DNA of 64,000 nucleotides from Alphaproteobacteria bacterium (GTDB lineage Bacteria; Pseudomonadota; Alphaproteobacteria; UBA828): assembly GCA_965237415.1 (NCBI GenBank), contig CBDEFM010000002.1:224001-288000 (forward strand), read 5' to 3'. The stretch's first letter is position 1. Each line of letters begins with the position of its first letter. Made by a program: the position numbers and the translations under genes. Positions 40,265 to 49,747 of this stretch are shown here, in pieces. The notes beneath the pieces are model-generated. The model was not told the origin of the DNA and searched no databases. It saw only the letters and a list, made by a program, of their open reading frames with translations.

Positions 40265-42613
40265 ATGCTGCGGATCACCGGATACAGCGACTGCTACTCG
40301 ATCCGTCCGGGCGATGGCATCACGTTCTATGTGAACTCCGAGAACGGCGAAGACTACGAGGCCAAGCTCGTCCGCCTCATTCACGGCGACACCAACCCCG
40401 ACGGGCCGGGCTACAAGGAAGAAGAGATCGGCGCGCCGTTCGACGGCACCTGCACGGGCCGCAACCAGAAGATCCACGGCGGCTCCTACGTGATCGTGCC
40501 GCACGACGAGCGCATGTCCGTGTCGAGCTTCACCATCCAGGCTTTCATCTTCCCGACCACGCCGACCAAGGGCCGCCAGGGCATCCTGACCAAGTGGGTT
40601 AACGACTCCGGTTATGGCCTCTTCGTCGACGACGACGGCAGCCTCGCGTTCTGCATCGGCGACGGCACCACCGTCCGCAAGATCTCGAGCGGCAAGCCGC
40701 TGCTGCGCAAAGTCTGGTATCTCGCCGCCGCCTCCTACGACGCCGAGACCGGCGCGGTGCAGCTCTATCAGGAGCCGGTCGTGACGTCGGCAAACGGCGG
40801 CCTCGGCATGGCGCTGCTCCATCCCGCCGAGGAGACCACGGCCGAGGTTTCCGGCAACTGCGACATCGGACCCGGCGCCAACGACGCGCCCTTCCTCATG
40901 GCCGCGGCGACCAAGATCTCCGATTCCGGCCGTTCGATCTGCGGCGCCCACTACAAGGAGGCGTTGATCCCGGTGGCGCTGCCCGAGCAGTGCGACACCT
41001 ACAACGGCAAGATCGACCGCCCCAGGCTTTCCTCCACCGCGCTCGACAAGAATTCCATCGATGCGCTGGCGCGCGGCTTCAAGGGCTGCCCGGCCGATTT
41101 GCGGCGCATCGTGATCGGCGCCTGGGACTTCCAGGCCAACATCACCAAGAACATCGCATCCACCTACATCATCGACACCTCGCCGAACGTGCTGAACGGC
41201 CACGCCATCAACCTCCCGGCCCGCGGCATGACCGGCTACAACTGGACCGCGGACGAGATCGTCTATCACCACGCGCCGGAGGAATACGGCGCCATCCACT
41301 TCCACGACGACGATATCGACGACGCCAGGTGGGATGCGGACTTCAGCTTCACCGCGCCCGAGGGGCTTAAGAGCGGCTTCTATGCCGCGAGGCTCAGGAT
41401 CGGCGGCGAGGAATCGGCGGCGACCGAGGACTACATCCCCTTCGTCGTGCGCCCGCCCAAGGATCAGCCCTCGGCGCGGGTCGCTGTCATCATCCCGACC
41501 AACAGCTACCTCGCGTATTCCAACGACAATCTGGCGACCAATTCGGTGGTGGCGCAGCTGCTTGCGGGCAAGGTGCCGCTGATGCAGGCCTCCGACCTCT
41601 ACCTCAACGAGCATCGCGAGTACGGGCTTTCCACCTACTCGCTGCATTCGGACGGCAGCGGCGTCTGCTATTCGTCGAGGCTGCGCCCGATCCTCAACAT
41701 GCGGCCGAAGTACCGGCACTGGCTCTCGCCCTCGCTTTGGCAGCTCAACGGCGACCTCCACCTTACCGACTGGCTGGAGGCCGTCGGCTTCGACTACGAC
41801 CTGCACACCGACGAGGACCTCGACCGCGAGGGCGTGGCGCTGCTCAATCAGTATCGCGTCGTGCTCACCGGCTCGCATCCCGAGTACTCGTCCGAGGCCA
41901 TGATCGACGCCTACGAGGCCTATCAGCAGCAGGGCGGACGTTGGCTCTATCTCGGCGCCGACGGCTTCTACTGGTGCAGCCAGTACCACCCCGACAACGG
42001 CAACATCATCGAGGTCCGCAAGGGCGAGGCGGGGACGCGCGCCTGGACCGCCAATCCGGGCGAGTACAACAACGCCTTCGACGGCAAGTTCGGCGGCATG
42101 TGGCGGGCACGGGGGCGCATCCCGAGCAAGGTCTGCGGCCTCACCTTCACCGCTTACGGCTTTGACGTCTCGTCCTATTACCGGCGCGAGGCCGACAGCT
42201 TCCGCTCCGAGTGCGAATGGATATTCGAGGACATCGGCGATGACGAGATCATCGGCGACTTCGGGCTCGTCGGCGGCGGCGCTGCGGGGCTGGAGCTCGA
42301 CCGTTACGACCTCGAGTTCGGCACCCCGCACAACGGCTATCTCCTGGCCCGCTCCGAGGGCCACACCGACCTGATGCTCCAGGTCAATGAGGAGATCCAC
42401 TTCGCCTGCCGCGGCTATTACGGCGGTGGTCACGAGAACCCGCAGATCAGGGCCGACATGATCTACTACAAGACACCCAACGACGGTGCGGTGTTCGGGC
42501 CTGGCTCGCTTGTCTGGTGCGGCAGCCTTTCGCACAACAACTACGACAACAACGTCTCCAAGATCATGGAGAACGTGATCAACGGCTTCCTCAAGGACGG
42601 GCCGCTGCCCTGA
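40265..42613 (+). CDS. N,N-dimethylformamidase large (beta) subunit family protein
   Basis: LVRLIHGDTNPDGPG, GAIHFHDDD, YLAYSN, GLSTY..HSDGSG, SSRLRPILNMRP, GSHPEY, GGAAGLELDR. Confidence 0.9.
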   Translation: MLRITGYSDCYSIRPGDGITFYVNSENGEDYEAKLVRLIHGDTNPDGPGYKEEEIGAPFDGTCTGRNQKIHGGSYVIVPHDERMSVSSFTIQAFIFPTTPTKGRQGILTKWVNDSGYGLFVDDDGSLAFCIGDGTTVRKISSGKPLLRKVWYLAAASYDAETGAVQLYQEPVVTSANGGLGMALLHPAEETTAEVSGNCDIGPGANDAPFLMAAATKISDSGRSICGAHYKEALIPVALPEQCDTYNGKIDRPRLSSTALDKNSIDALARGFKGCPADLRRIVIGAWDFQANITKNIASTYIIDTSPNVLNGHAINLPARGMTGYNWTADEIVYHHAPEEYGAIHFHDDDIDDARWDADFSFTAPEGLKSGFYAARLRIGGEESAATEDYIPFVVRPPKDQPSARVAVIIPTNSYLAYSNDNLATNSVVAQLLAGKVPLMQASDLYLNEHREYGLSTYSLHSDGSGVCYSSRLRPILNMRPKYRHWLSPSLWQLNGDLHLTDWLEAVGFDYDLHTDEDLDREGVALLNQYRVVLTGSHPEYSSEAMIDAYEAYQQQGGRWLYLGADGFYWCSQYHPDNGNIIEVRKGEAGTRAWTANPGEYNNAFDGKFGGMWRARGRIPSKVCGLTFTAYGFDVSSYYRREADSFRSECEWIFEDIGDDEIIGDFGLVGGGAAGLELDRYDLEFGTPHNGYLLARSEGHTDLMLQVNEEIHFACRGYYGGGHENPQIRADMIYYKTPNDGAVFGPGSLVWCGSLSHNNYDNNVSKIMENVINGFLKDGPLP

Positions 42614-42680
42614 CCCTGAGGAACCAGCACGTCCAGCGGCAGCATAACGCCGCGTCAGCCTGGGCGGGGAGAGTCTGCGG

Positions 42681-43067
42681 ATGAGCGTTTCCGACAAGAG
42701 CCGCAGCTCTCTCATGCCCATGATCATGCCGCCGCCGGGCAAGAAGATGCTGCCCACTCGCGCCCAGGCGACCGCGCTGGAGGAGGCGCTGCTCGGCGGC
42801 CTCGACCCCGACAAGCTCAACGACCTCTCCGAGGTGCTGTTCGCGCTGAATGCCCACAAGCTCGGCCCGATCCCCGGCTTCTACGTCGTGGTCTGCACCC
42901 AGCCGGACGAAGAGTGGTGCGTCGGCCAGCTTGCGGCGGATCGCGCCAAGCCTCTGATCATGTTCGAGGACATGAGCTTCGATAAGCCGGAGGCGGCGCT
43001 CGCCGCAGCCGAGAAGCTCAAGGCCGAGGACGACGCTGCGGGCAGAAGCCCCATCGCCACCGGCTGA
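42681..43067 (+). CDS. Hypothetical protein, apparent divergent paralogue of the DMFase small subunit
   Basis: GFYVVVCTQPDEEWCVG...RAKPLIMFED aligns with GKYVRICTKPREEYRIG...RGEPVKILED of 39792..40220. Confidence 0.65.
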   Translation: MSVSDKSRSSLMPMIMPPPGKKMLPTRAQATALEEALLGGLDPDKLNDLSEVLFALNAHKLGPIPGFYVVVCTQPDEEWCVGQLAADRAKPLIMFEDMSFDKPEAALAAAEKLKAEDDAAGRSPIATG

Positions 43068-43101
43068 TGCAAAGCGGCCCGGCTCAAGCGCCCGACAGAC
43101 G

Positions 43102-43881
43102 ATGACCACCGAGACGCGCCTGGCCAGTCTGCCGATGTACTGTGAAGCCGAGGTTCGTCCCGTCACGGAGCGCTGGTGGTCGGGCCTCGCCCGTCATCTG
43201 CGGGATCGCGGCGTGCCAGGCGTTCCCGACACGCTGACCTGGCCGGACGACTATCATGGCCATTGGCGTTCGCCCGCGCTCCTGTTCAGCCAAACCTGCG
43301 GCTATCCCTTCGTCAACGTGCTCGGTCCGGCGGTGAAGCTCGTCGCGACGCCCCGGTATGACGTGCCCGGGTGCGAAGGCCCGCGCTATGGGGCGCACGT
43401 CATCGTCCGGGAGACTGCGCCCGCGCGGTCCGTTGCCGACCTGCGGGGCTGCCGGCTGGCAACCAACGGCACGGGCTCCTATTCGGGCTATCACGTCTGG
43501 CGGCACATGCTGCCCGCCGGCGATGACCCGCCGTCCTTCTTCGGAGAGATCATTGCAACCGGCGCCCACCGCGCCAGTGTCCGCTGCGTCGCGGCGGGAG
43601 ACGCGGACGCCTGCGCGGTCGACTGCGTCACTCACGCATTGCTCTCCGACCATGCACCGGAGGAACTGCGCGGCACCCGGATCCTGGCGTCGTCGCCGAC
43701 CGCGCCGGCAATGCCCTTCGTGACCGGCGCCGCGACATCGGACGAGGACGTCGAAAAGATGCGCGACGGGCTCCTTGCTGCGATAGCCGACCCGTCGCTT
43801 GCGCCCGTGCGCAAAGAACTTCGCCTCACTGGCGCGAGCGTTCTGACCGACGAGGATTATCGGAAAGCGTTCCGGGATTAG
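43102..43881 (+). CDS. PhnD/SsuA/transferrin-fold substrate-binding-like protein without signal peptide
   Basis: ASLPMY, FSQTCGYP, SYSGY, TGAHRAS, ADACAVDCVT. Confidence 0.78.
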   Translation: MTTETRLASLPMYCEAEVRPVTERWWSGLARHLRDRGVPGVPDTLTWPDDYHGHWRSPALLFSQTCGYPFVNVLGPAVKLVATPRYDVPGCEGPRYGAHVIVRETAPARSVADLRGCRLATNGTGSYSGYHVWRHMLPAGDDPPSFFGEIIATGAHRASVRCVAAGDADACAVDCVTHALLSDHAPEELRGTRILASSPTAPAMPFVTGAATSDEDVEKMRDGLLAAIADPSLAPVRKELRLTGASVLTDEDYRKAFRD

Positions 43882-43899
43882 CGCCGGTCGGGGGCGGCG

Positions 43900-44613
43900 T
43901 CAGCGCAGGGCGCGGCCGCTTGCCGGGCGCTCGCGCATGTGGCCGGAGAGGCGGTGCTCGATAAAGCGCGAGACGAGGATGAAGAAGTAGCTCATCGCCA
44001 GATACATCAGCCCCGCCGTGATGTAGAGCTTGTAGGGCTCGAAGCTGCGGGCGACGATGATGCGGGCGACGCCGGTGAGATCCAGTAGCGTGATGATCGA
44101 GATCAGCGAGGTCGCCTGCAGCAGGAACACGACCTCGTTGGTGTAGGCCGGCAGCGCAATGCGAAAGGCCTTGGGCAGTAGGATGCGCCGGTAGAGCAGG
44201 GTGCCCGACATGCCGAGCGCACGGGCCGCTTCGATATCGCCGCGCGGCACGCCCTGGATCGCCCCCCGCAAAATCTCGGCTGTGTAGGCGGCGGTGTTGA
44301 GGGTGAGCGTAAGGACGGCGCAGAAGTAGGCCTCGCGGAACAGCACCCAGAGCCCGATCTGGTCGAGGAACGGCCGGAACTGGCCGGAGCCGTAATAGAC
44401 CAGGAAGAGCTGCACCAGCAGAGGCGTGCCGCGGAAGTAGAGGATGTAGCCGTAGACCGGCATCCACAGCACAGGGTTGGGAGAGAGCCGCATGATCGCG
44501 AGCGGCACCGCGAGCGCGAGGCCCACGACCAGGCTGATGACCGTGATCTCCAGCGTAAGCACAGCGCCATCCAGCAGGCGGGGCAGGCTCTCCCATATGA
44601 TCGCGAGGTCCAT
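43900..44613 (-). CDS. Polar amino acid ABC permease (HisM-like)
   Basis: FRGTPLLVQLFLVYYG, NTAAYTAEILRG, IEAARALGM. Confidence 0.92.
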   Translation of the reverse strand: MDLAIIWESLPRLLDGAVLTLEITVISLVVGLALAVPLAIMRLSPNPVLWMPVYGYILYFRGTPLLVQLFLVYYGSGQFRPFLDQIGLWVLFREAYFCAVLTLTLNTAAYTAEILRGAIQGVPRGDIEAARALGMSGTLLYRRILLPKAFRIALPAYTNEVVFLLQATSLISIITLLDLTGVARIIVARSFEPYKLYITAGLMYLAMSYFFILVSRFIEHRLSGHMRERPASGRALR

Positions 44614-44621
44614 CGCCGGAC

Positions 44622-45311
44622 TCAGGCGCGCCGCACGCCGCGGTTGGCCCACGCCTCGGCACGCCGCTGCACCACCATCGAGACGACGGTGATGCCGAGA
44701 TAGAAGAGCGAGGCGACGAAGAAGAAGGTGAATGGCAGCTTGGTCGCGCGCGCCGCGATGTCCGCGTTGCGCATGAGCTCTTCGAGCTGGATCACTGAGA
44801 TGAGCGCCGTGGCCTTGATCAGCACCATCCAGACATTGCCGAGGCCGGGGAGCGCGAAGCGCCACATCTGCGGCATGACGATGCGGCGGAAGGTCAGCGC
44901 CCGCCCCATGCCGATCGCCCGCGCCGCCTCTATCTGCCCGCGCGGCACGGCGAGGAAGGCGCCGCGAAAGACCTCGGTCGCGAAGGCGCCGTAGATGAAG
45001 CCGATGGTGATGACGCCGGCGATGAAGGGGTTGATGTCGATGACGATGTCGTGGCCGGCGCCTTCGGCGATGTCCTGGATCAGCGTGGGTACGCCGTAAT
45101 AGACGAGCAGGATGAGCAGAAGCTCCGGCACGCCGCGGATGACGGTGGTGTAGGTGCCGGCAACCCAGCGGCCAGCGCGCCCGCGCGCGAGCTTGCCCCA
45201 GGCGCCGAGCAGGCCAAGGACCAAGGCGAGCGCCATGGCCCCGAGCCCGACCAGAATGGTGAGCTCGAGGCCCTGCCACAGCATCCAGCCGTAGCCCCTG
45301 AGATCGAGCAT
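44622..45311 (-). CDS. Polar amino acid ABC permease (HisQ-like)
   Basis: YTTVIRGVPELL, GQIEAARAIGM, ALPGLGN. Confidence 0.92.
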   Translation of the reverse strand: MLDLRGYGWMLWQGLELTILVGLGAMALALVLGLLGAWGKLARGRAGRWVAGTYTTVIRGVPELLLILLVYYGVPTLIQDIAEGAGHDIVIDINPFIAGVITIGFIYGAFATEVFRGAFLAVPRGQIEAARAIGMGRALTFRRIVMPQMWRFALPGLGNVWMVLIKATALISVIQLEELMRNADIAARATKLPFTFFFVASLFYLGITVVSMVVQRRAEAWANRGVRRA

Positions 45312-45338
45312 CGGCCCGACCCCTTACTACCCGCAGAT

Positions 45339-45372
45339 GGGCGGACGGGAGGGGAGTGCCGCCCGTCCGCCC
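45339..45372. promoter_or_regulatory. Intercistronic stem-loop after the SBP gene
   Basis: gggcggacggg-N12-cccgtccgccc, 11-bp stem. Confidence 0.55.
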
Positions 45373-45387
45373 GCCGCTACGCGACGC

Positions 45388-46164
45388 TCAGTCGCCGTAG
45401 ACGTCGAAATCGAAATAAGTGTCGTTGATCGTCTTGTAGGTACCGTCGGCGCGGATGGCTGCGATGGCGCCGTTAAGCGCGTCGAGAAGCTCGGTTTCGC
45501 CCTTGCGCATTGCGATCCCGGCGCCGTCGCCGAACCATTGCGGATCGGTGAAGTCGGGTCCCACGAACTCCGCGCCCTCGCCGTCGGGCGTGTCGAGGAA
45601 GCCCCCCTGCAGGGCCATCGAATCCGCCAGCAGCAGGTCAACGCGGCCGGCGACGAAGTCGAGGTTGGCCTCGTCCTGGGTGGCGTAGGCCTTGATGGTG
45701 ACGATATCGCCGTAGTTGTCGCGCAGGAAGTTCTCGTGGATGGTCGCCCGCTGCACGCCGACGGCCCTGCCTTCCAGACCCTCGTCGGAAATCTCGATGT
45801 CCGAGCCCTTCATGCGCACGAACTTGGCCGGCGTGGTGTAGTACTTGCCGGTGAAGTCGACCTTCTTCTTGCGCTCCTCGGTGATCGACATCGAGGCAAC
45901 GATGGCGTCGTACTTCTTGGCGAGCAGGCCGGGGATGATGCCGTCCCAATCCTGCACCGCCCACGTGCAGTCGAGCATCGCCGCGGCGCAGAGCGCGTTG
46001 CCGATGTCGATATCGAAGCCCTGGAGCTCGCCGTTCTCGTCGATCCAGTTGAAGGGCGGGTAGGCGCCTTCGGTGCCTAACGTTACTTTCTTCATGTCGG
46101 CCGCGGCGGTGCCGGCCGCGAGCGCGAGTGCCGCGAACATCGCCAGGAATGTGAATTTTCTCAT
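45388..46164 (-). CDS. Polar amino acid ABC substrate-binding protein (ArgT/HisJ-like)
   Basis: Signal peptide, GTEGAYPPF, GFDIDI, WDGIIPGL, SMSITEER. Confidence 0.93.
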   Translation of the reverse strand: MRKFTFLAMFAALALAAGTAAADMKKVTLGTEGAYPPFNWIDENGELQGFDIDIGNALCAAAMLDCTWAVQDWDGIIPGLLAKKYDAIVASMSITEERKKKVDFTGKYYTTPAKFVRMKGSDIEISDEGLEGRAVGVQRATIHENFLRDNYGDIVTIKAYATQDEANLDFVAGRVDLLLADSMALQGGFLDTPDGEGAEFVGPDFTDPQWFGDGAGIAMRKGETELLDALNGAIAAIRADGTYKTINDTYFDFDVYGD

Positions 46165-46217
46165 CTCTCCGTTCTCCCTCGTTGGTGGTGGGTCGCTTGC
46201 ATTGCCAGGCGTTGCGG

Positions 46218-47054
46218 CTAAGCGTCGCCGCGCTCGCCCGAGAGGAACCGCCTGAGCCTCGGCGATTGCGGGTCGTCGAGCAACGCCCGCGACGGGCCTT
46301 CCACCTCGATCTGGCCCTCGTGCAGGAACACGGTCCTGGACGAGACGTCGCGGGCGAAGCCGATCTCGTGGGTGACGATCAGCATGGTCCGGCCTTCCTC
46401 GGCGAGGTCGCGGATGACCCTCAGCACCTCGCCGACGAGCTCGGGATCGAGTGCAGAAGTGGGCTCGTCGAACAGCATGACGTCGGGCTCCATCGCGAGC
46501 GCCCGGGCGATCGCCGCCCGCTGCTCCTGCCCGCCGGAGAGGTGGGCCGGGAAGTAGTCGTGCTTGTCCGTTAGCCCGACCTTATCGAGCAGAGTGTGGG
46601 CACGGTCCACCGCCTCGCGCCGGGGCAGCTTCAGCACGTGGACCGGCGCCTCGATCACGTTCTGCAGCACCGTCAAGTGAGACCACAGGTTGAACTGCTG
46701 AAACACCATGCCGAGCCGGGCACGGATGCGGTCCACCTGGCGCCTGTTCGCCGGCATTGCCCGGCCGCGCCGGTCCGCCTTCATGCGGATCAGCTCCCCG
46801 CCCACGTGGACCTCGCCTGCGTCGGGAACCTCCAGCAGGTTGATGCAGCGGAGCAGCGTGCTCTTGCCAGAGCCGCTGGCGCCCAGGATGGCGATCACAT
46901 CGTGCTCGTGGGCGGTCAGCGAGACGCCCTTCAGAACCTCCAGGTCGCCGAAGCGCTTGTAGAGGTCGTCCACGCGGAGCGCGGTGCCGGGCTCTGCCCG
47001 CGCTTCGCGCTGCACCGGGATGGCGGCTCCGGGCGCCTGCGCCACCCGACCCAT
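46218..47054 (-). CDS. Polar amino acid ABC ATPase (HisP-like)
   Basis: GASGSGKS, LSGGQEQR, FDEPTSALDPELVGEVL. Confidence 0.93.
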   Translation of the reverse strand: MGRVAQAPGAAIPVQREARAEPGTALRVDDLYKRFGDLEVLKGVSLTAHEHDVIAILGASGSGKSTLLRCINLLEVPDAGEVHVGGELIRMKADRRGRAMPANRRQVDRIRARLGMVFQQFNLWSHLTVLQNVIEAPVHVLKLPRREAVDRAHTLLDKVGLTDKHDYFPAHLSGGQEQRAAIARALAMEPDVMLFDEPTSALDPELVGEVLRVIRDLAEEGRTMLIVTHEIGFARDVSSRTVFLHEGQIEVEGPSRALLDDPQSPRLRRFLSGERGDA

Positions 47055-47065
47055 CCCGCTGGCGG

Positions 47066-48430
47066 CTATGACGTGTAGGTGCGGCGCTTGACCAGCTTGC
47101 CGCGGCCGGGCTCGGCATTCACCTTGCCGTTCTCCACGATGATGTCGCCGCGGGAGATCGTCATGGTGGGCCAGCCGGTGAGCTCGAAGCCCTCGTGCAG
47201 CTCCCAGTCCTGATTGGAGTGCATGTCGCTTTGGCGGATGGTGACGGGCTTCTCCGTGTCGAACACCATGATGTCGGCGTCGGAGCCCACCGCGATCGTC
47301 CCCTTCTGCGGATACATGCCCATCAGCTTGGCCGGCTTGGTGGCGCTCACGTCGACGAAGCGCTCGAGCGAGAGCCGGCCCGTGCGCACGCCCTCGGAAT
47401 AGAGCATGGGCAGCACCGTCTCCAGGTTCGACATGCCGGGCAGAAGCTCGTCCACGGTGACGCTGGCCTTCTTCTGCTTCATGTTCCAGCCGACATGGTC
47501 GGTGGCGACCGTCTGGAGCACGCCGCTGTCCAGCGCCTGCCACATCACCTCCATCTGGTCGGCCTCGCGCAGCGGCGGCCAACCGACATAGCGCTCGGGG
47601 TCCACCTCCTCGTTGAAGCGCTCGCGCGAGAGGTGGAGGTAGATCGGCCGGGTCTCGCCGTAGCAGGTTTGGCCTCGGCCGCGCGCGTCGTTGAGCGCAT
47701 CCAGCCCCTCCTGGCACGAGAGGTGGACGAGATAGGCGGGCACATCGGCCATGTGAGCCATCCAGAGCGCGCGGCGGGCGGCGAGCCCCTCCGAGATGCG
47801 CGGCCTGGAATCGGGGAAGGTGCGGACGTTGGAGTTATTCTCCTCCTCGAGCTTCTGGGTCATGTAGGAGATGCAGCACTGGTCCTCGCAATGGATGTTA
47901 ACCATCGCGCCGAGCTTGCCGGCCTCCTCCATGCAGCGCAGGTACTGGGGCGCATACTTGTCGAACTCGGAGAAGCCGATCATGAAGATCTTGAAGCTGG
48001 TATAGCCGTCGGCGACGCAGTCCCGCATCTCGCTGAGCGTGTGCTCGCCGGGCTGGAAGATCGTCGGGTGCAGGCCGAAGTCGATTACCGACTTCTCGCC
48101 CCGCTTGTTCCAGCGGACGAGGCAGTCCTGCAGCGACTGGCCGGGTTCCGGGAACGCGTAGTCGCAGATCGTCGTGATCCCGCCGCAGGCGGCGGCCAAG
48201 GTGGACGAGTGGAAGTTGTCGGCGGTCTCCTGGCCCATCAGCTCGAACTCGACGTGGGTGTGCACGTCGACACCGCCGGGGAACACGATCTTGCCGCTGC
48301 AATCGACGGTGCGCCCGGCCGGCCCGAGGCCATGGCCGATCTGCTTGATGACGCCTCCTTCGATTCCGATATCGGCGTCATAGCTCTCGTGGGCGGTCAC
48401 GATTGTGCCGTTCGCCAAGATCATGTCCAT
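47066..48430 (-). CDS. hydA: Dihydropyrimidinase / D-hydantoinase
   Basis: PGGVDVHTH, GGITT, SFKIFM, IHCED, VHLS, VATDH. Confidence 0.85.
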   Translation of the reverse strand: MDMILANGTIVTAHESYDADIGIEGGVIKQIGHGLGPAGRTVDCSGKIVFPGGVDVHTHVEFELMGQETADNFHSSTLAAACGGITTICDYAFPEPGQSLQDCLVRWNKRGEKSVIDFGLHPTIFQPGEHTLSEMRDCVADGYTSFKIFMIGFSEFDKYAPQYLRCMEEAGKLGAMVNIHCEDQCCISYMTQKLEEENNSNVRTFPDSRPRISEGLAARRALWMAHMADVPAYLVHLSCQEGLDALNDARGRGQTCYGETRPIYLHLSRERFNEEVDPERYVGWPPLREADQMEVMWQALDSGVLQTVATDHVGWNMKQKKASVTVDELLPGMSNLETVLPMLYSEGVRTGRLSLERFVDVSATKPAKLMGMYPQKGTIAVGSDADIMVFDTEKPVTIRQSDMHSNQDWELHEGFELTGWPTMTISRGDIIVENGKVNAEPGRGKLVKRRTYTS

Positions 48431-48475
48431 CTTCCCCTCCCCACAATTCGTTGATCTTTTGTCCCTAGCCTCGAA

Positions 48476-48493
48476 GTATGAGCGCGATCATAC
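48476..48493. promoter_or_regulatory. Perfect inverted repeat in the divergent hydA/amiE promoter region
   Basis: GTATGA-N6-TCATAC. Confidence 0.45.
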
Positions 48494-48615
48494 CAGGGGG
48501 TCCAGCGTCCCGTTGCCCTCTGTGCCTCGCTTCTCGGCGAGCGGCACATGGTTGGTCGCGCTTGCGGGGCGGGGTATAAACCCGGCAGGACACGGACGGC
48601 GAAGGAGGCCATGCC

Positions 48616-49656
48616 ATGAGACACGGCGATATCGTCAGCAGCCCGGATACGGTGGGTTGCGCGGTTTTCCAGTACAAAATGCCGCGCCTGCACACGCACC
48701 AGGAGGTCCTCGACAACGCGAAGAAGATCGCCGATCTCATGGTCGGCGCGAAGATCGGGCTGCCGGGGATGGATCTCGCGATCTTCCCCGAGTACAGCAC
48801 CCACGGGATCATGTACGACCGCAAGGAGATGTTCGACACGGCGTCCGATATCCCCGGGCCGGAGACCGATATCTTCGCCGAGGCGTGCCGCGAGGCGAAC
48901 ACCTGGGGCGTCTTCTCGCTGACCGGCGAGAAGCACCCGGATCACCCCAACAAGAATCCGTACAACACCCTCATCCTGATGAACAATGAGGGCGATATTG
49001 TACAGAAGTACAGGAAGATCCTGCCCTGGTGCCCGATCGAGGGCTGGTATCCCGGCAACAACACCTATGTGAGCACCGGGCCCAAGGGAATGAAGATCAG
49101 CCTCATCATCTGCGACGACGGCAACTATCCGGAGATCTGGCGCGACTGCGCGGTCAAGGGTGCCGAGCTGATCGTCCGCTGCCAGGGCTACATGTACCCG
49201 GCAAAGGACCAGCAGATCATGATGGCGAAGGCGATGGCCTGGTCCAACTGCTGCTATGTGGCGGTGGCCAACGCCGCCGGCAATGACGGCGTCTACACTT
49301 ACTTCGGCCACTCGGCGATCGTCGGCTTCGACGGCCGCACCCTCGGCGAGTGCGGCGAGGAGGAGTACGGCATCCAGTACGCGCAGCTCTCCGTCTCGCA
49401 GATCCGCGATTCCCGTGCCAACGATCAGGCGCAGAACCACCTCTTCAAGCTGATGCACCGGGGCTACACGGGCGTGTATGCGTCGGGCGACGGCGACAAG
49501 GGCGTGGCCGAATGCCCGTTCGACTTCTACCGCACCTGGGTCGAGGACCCGAAGCGGGCGCAGCAGATGGTCGAGGCCATCACGCGGGATTCGATCGGCG
49601 TGACGGGCTGCCCCGTCGATGGCATCCCCCAGCCGCAGAAGATGGCGGCGGAGTAA
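48616..49656 (+). CDS. amiE: Aliphatic amidase (nitrilase superfamily)
   Basis: [59 protein letters not shown]. Confidence 0.95.
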   Translation: MRHGDIVSSPDTVGCAVFQYKMPRLHTHQEVLDNAKKIADLMVGAKIGLPGMDLAIFPEYSTHGIMYDRKEMFDTASDIPGPETDIFAEACREANTWGVFSLTGEKHPDHPNKNPYNTLILMNNEGDIVQKYRKILPWCPIEGWYPGNNTYVSTGPKGMKISLIICDDGNYPEIWRDCAVKGAELIVRCQGYMYPAKDQQIMMAKAMAWSNCCYVAVANAAGNDGVYTYFGHSAIVGFDGRTLGECGEEEYGIQYAQLSVSQIRDSRANDQAQNHLFKLMHRGYTGVYASGDGDKGVAECPFDFYRTWVEDPKRAQQMVEAITRDSIGVTGCPVDGIPQPQKMAAE

Positions 49657-49692
49657 GGGCCAAACCCACTTCGGGAATTCTCAAGTCGATCA

Positions 49693-49724
49693 GGACCCCG
49701 GCACCCTGCCGGGGTCCGCGTTTT
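49693..49724 (+). terminator. Intrinsic terminator after amiE
   Basis: ggaccccggca-ccc-tgccggggtcc followed by gcgtttt. Confidence 0.75.
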
Positions 49725-49747
49725 GGAGGCGCCCGAGGCGGCGCCGG

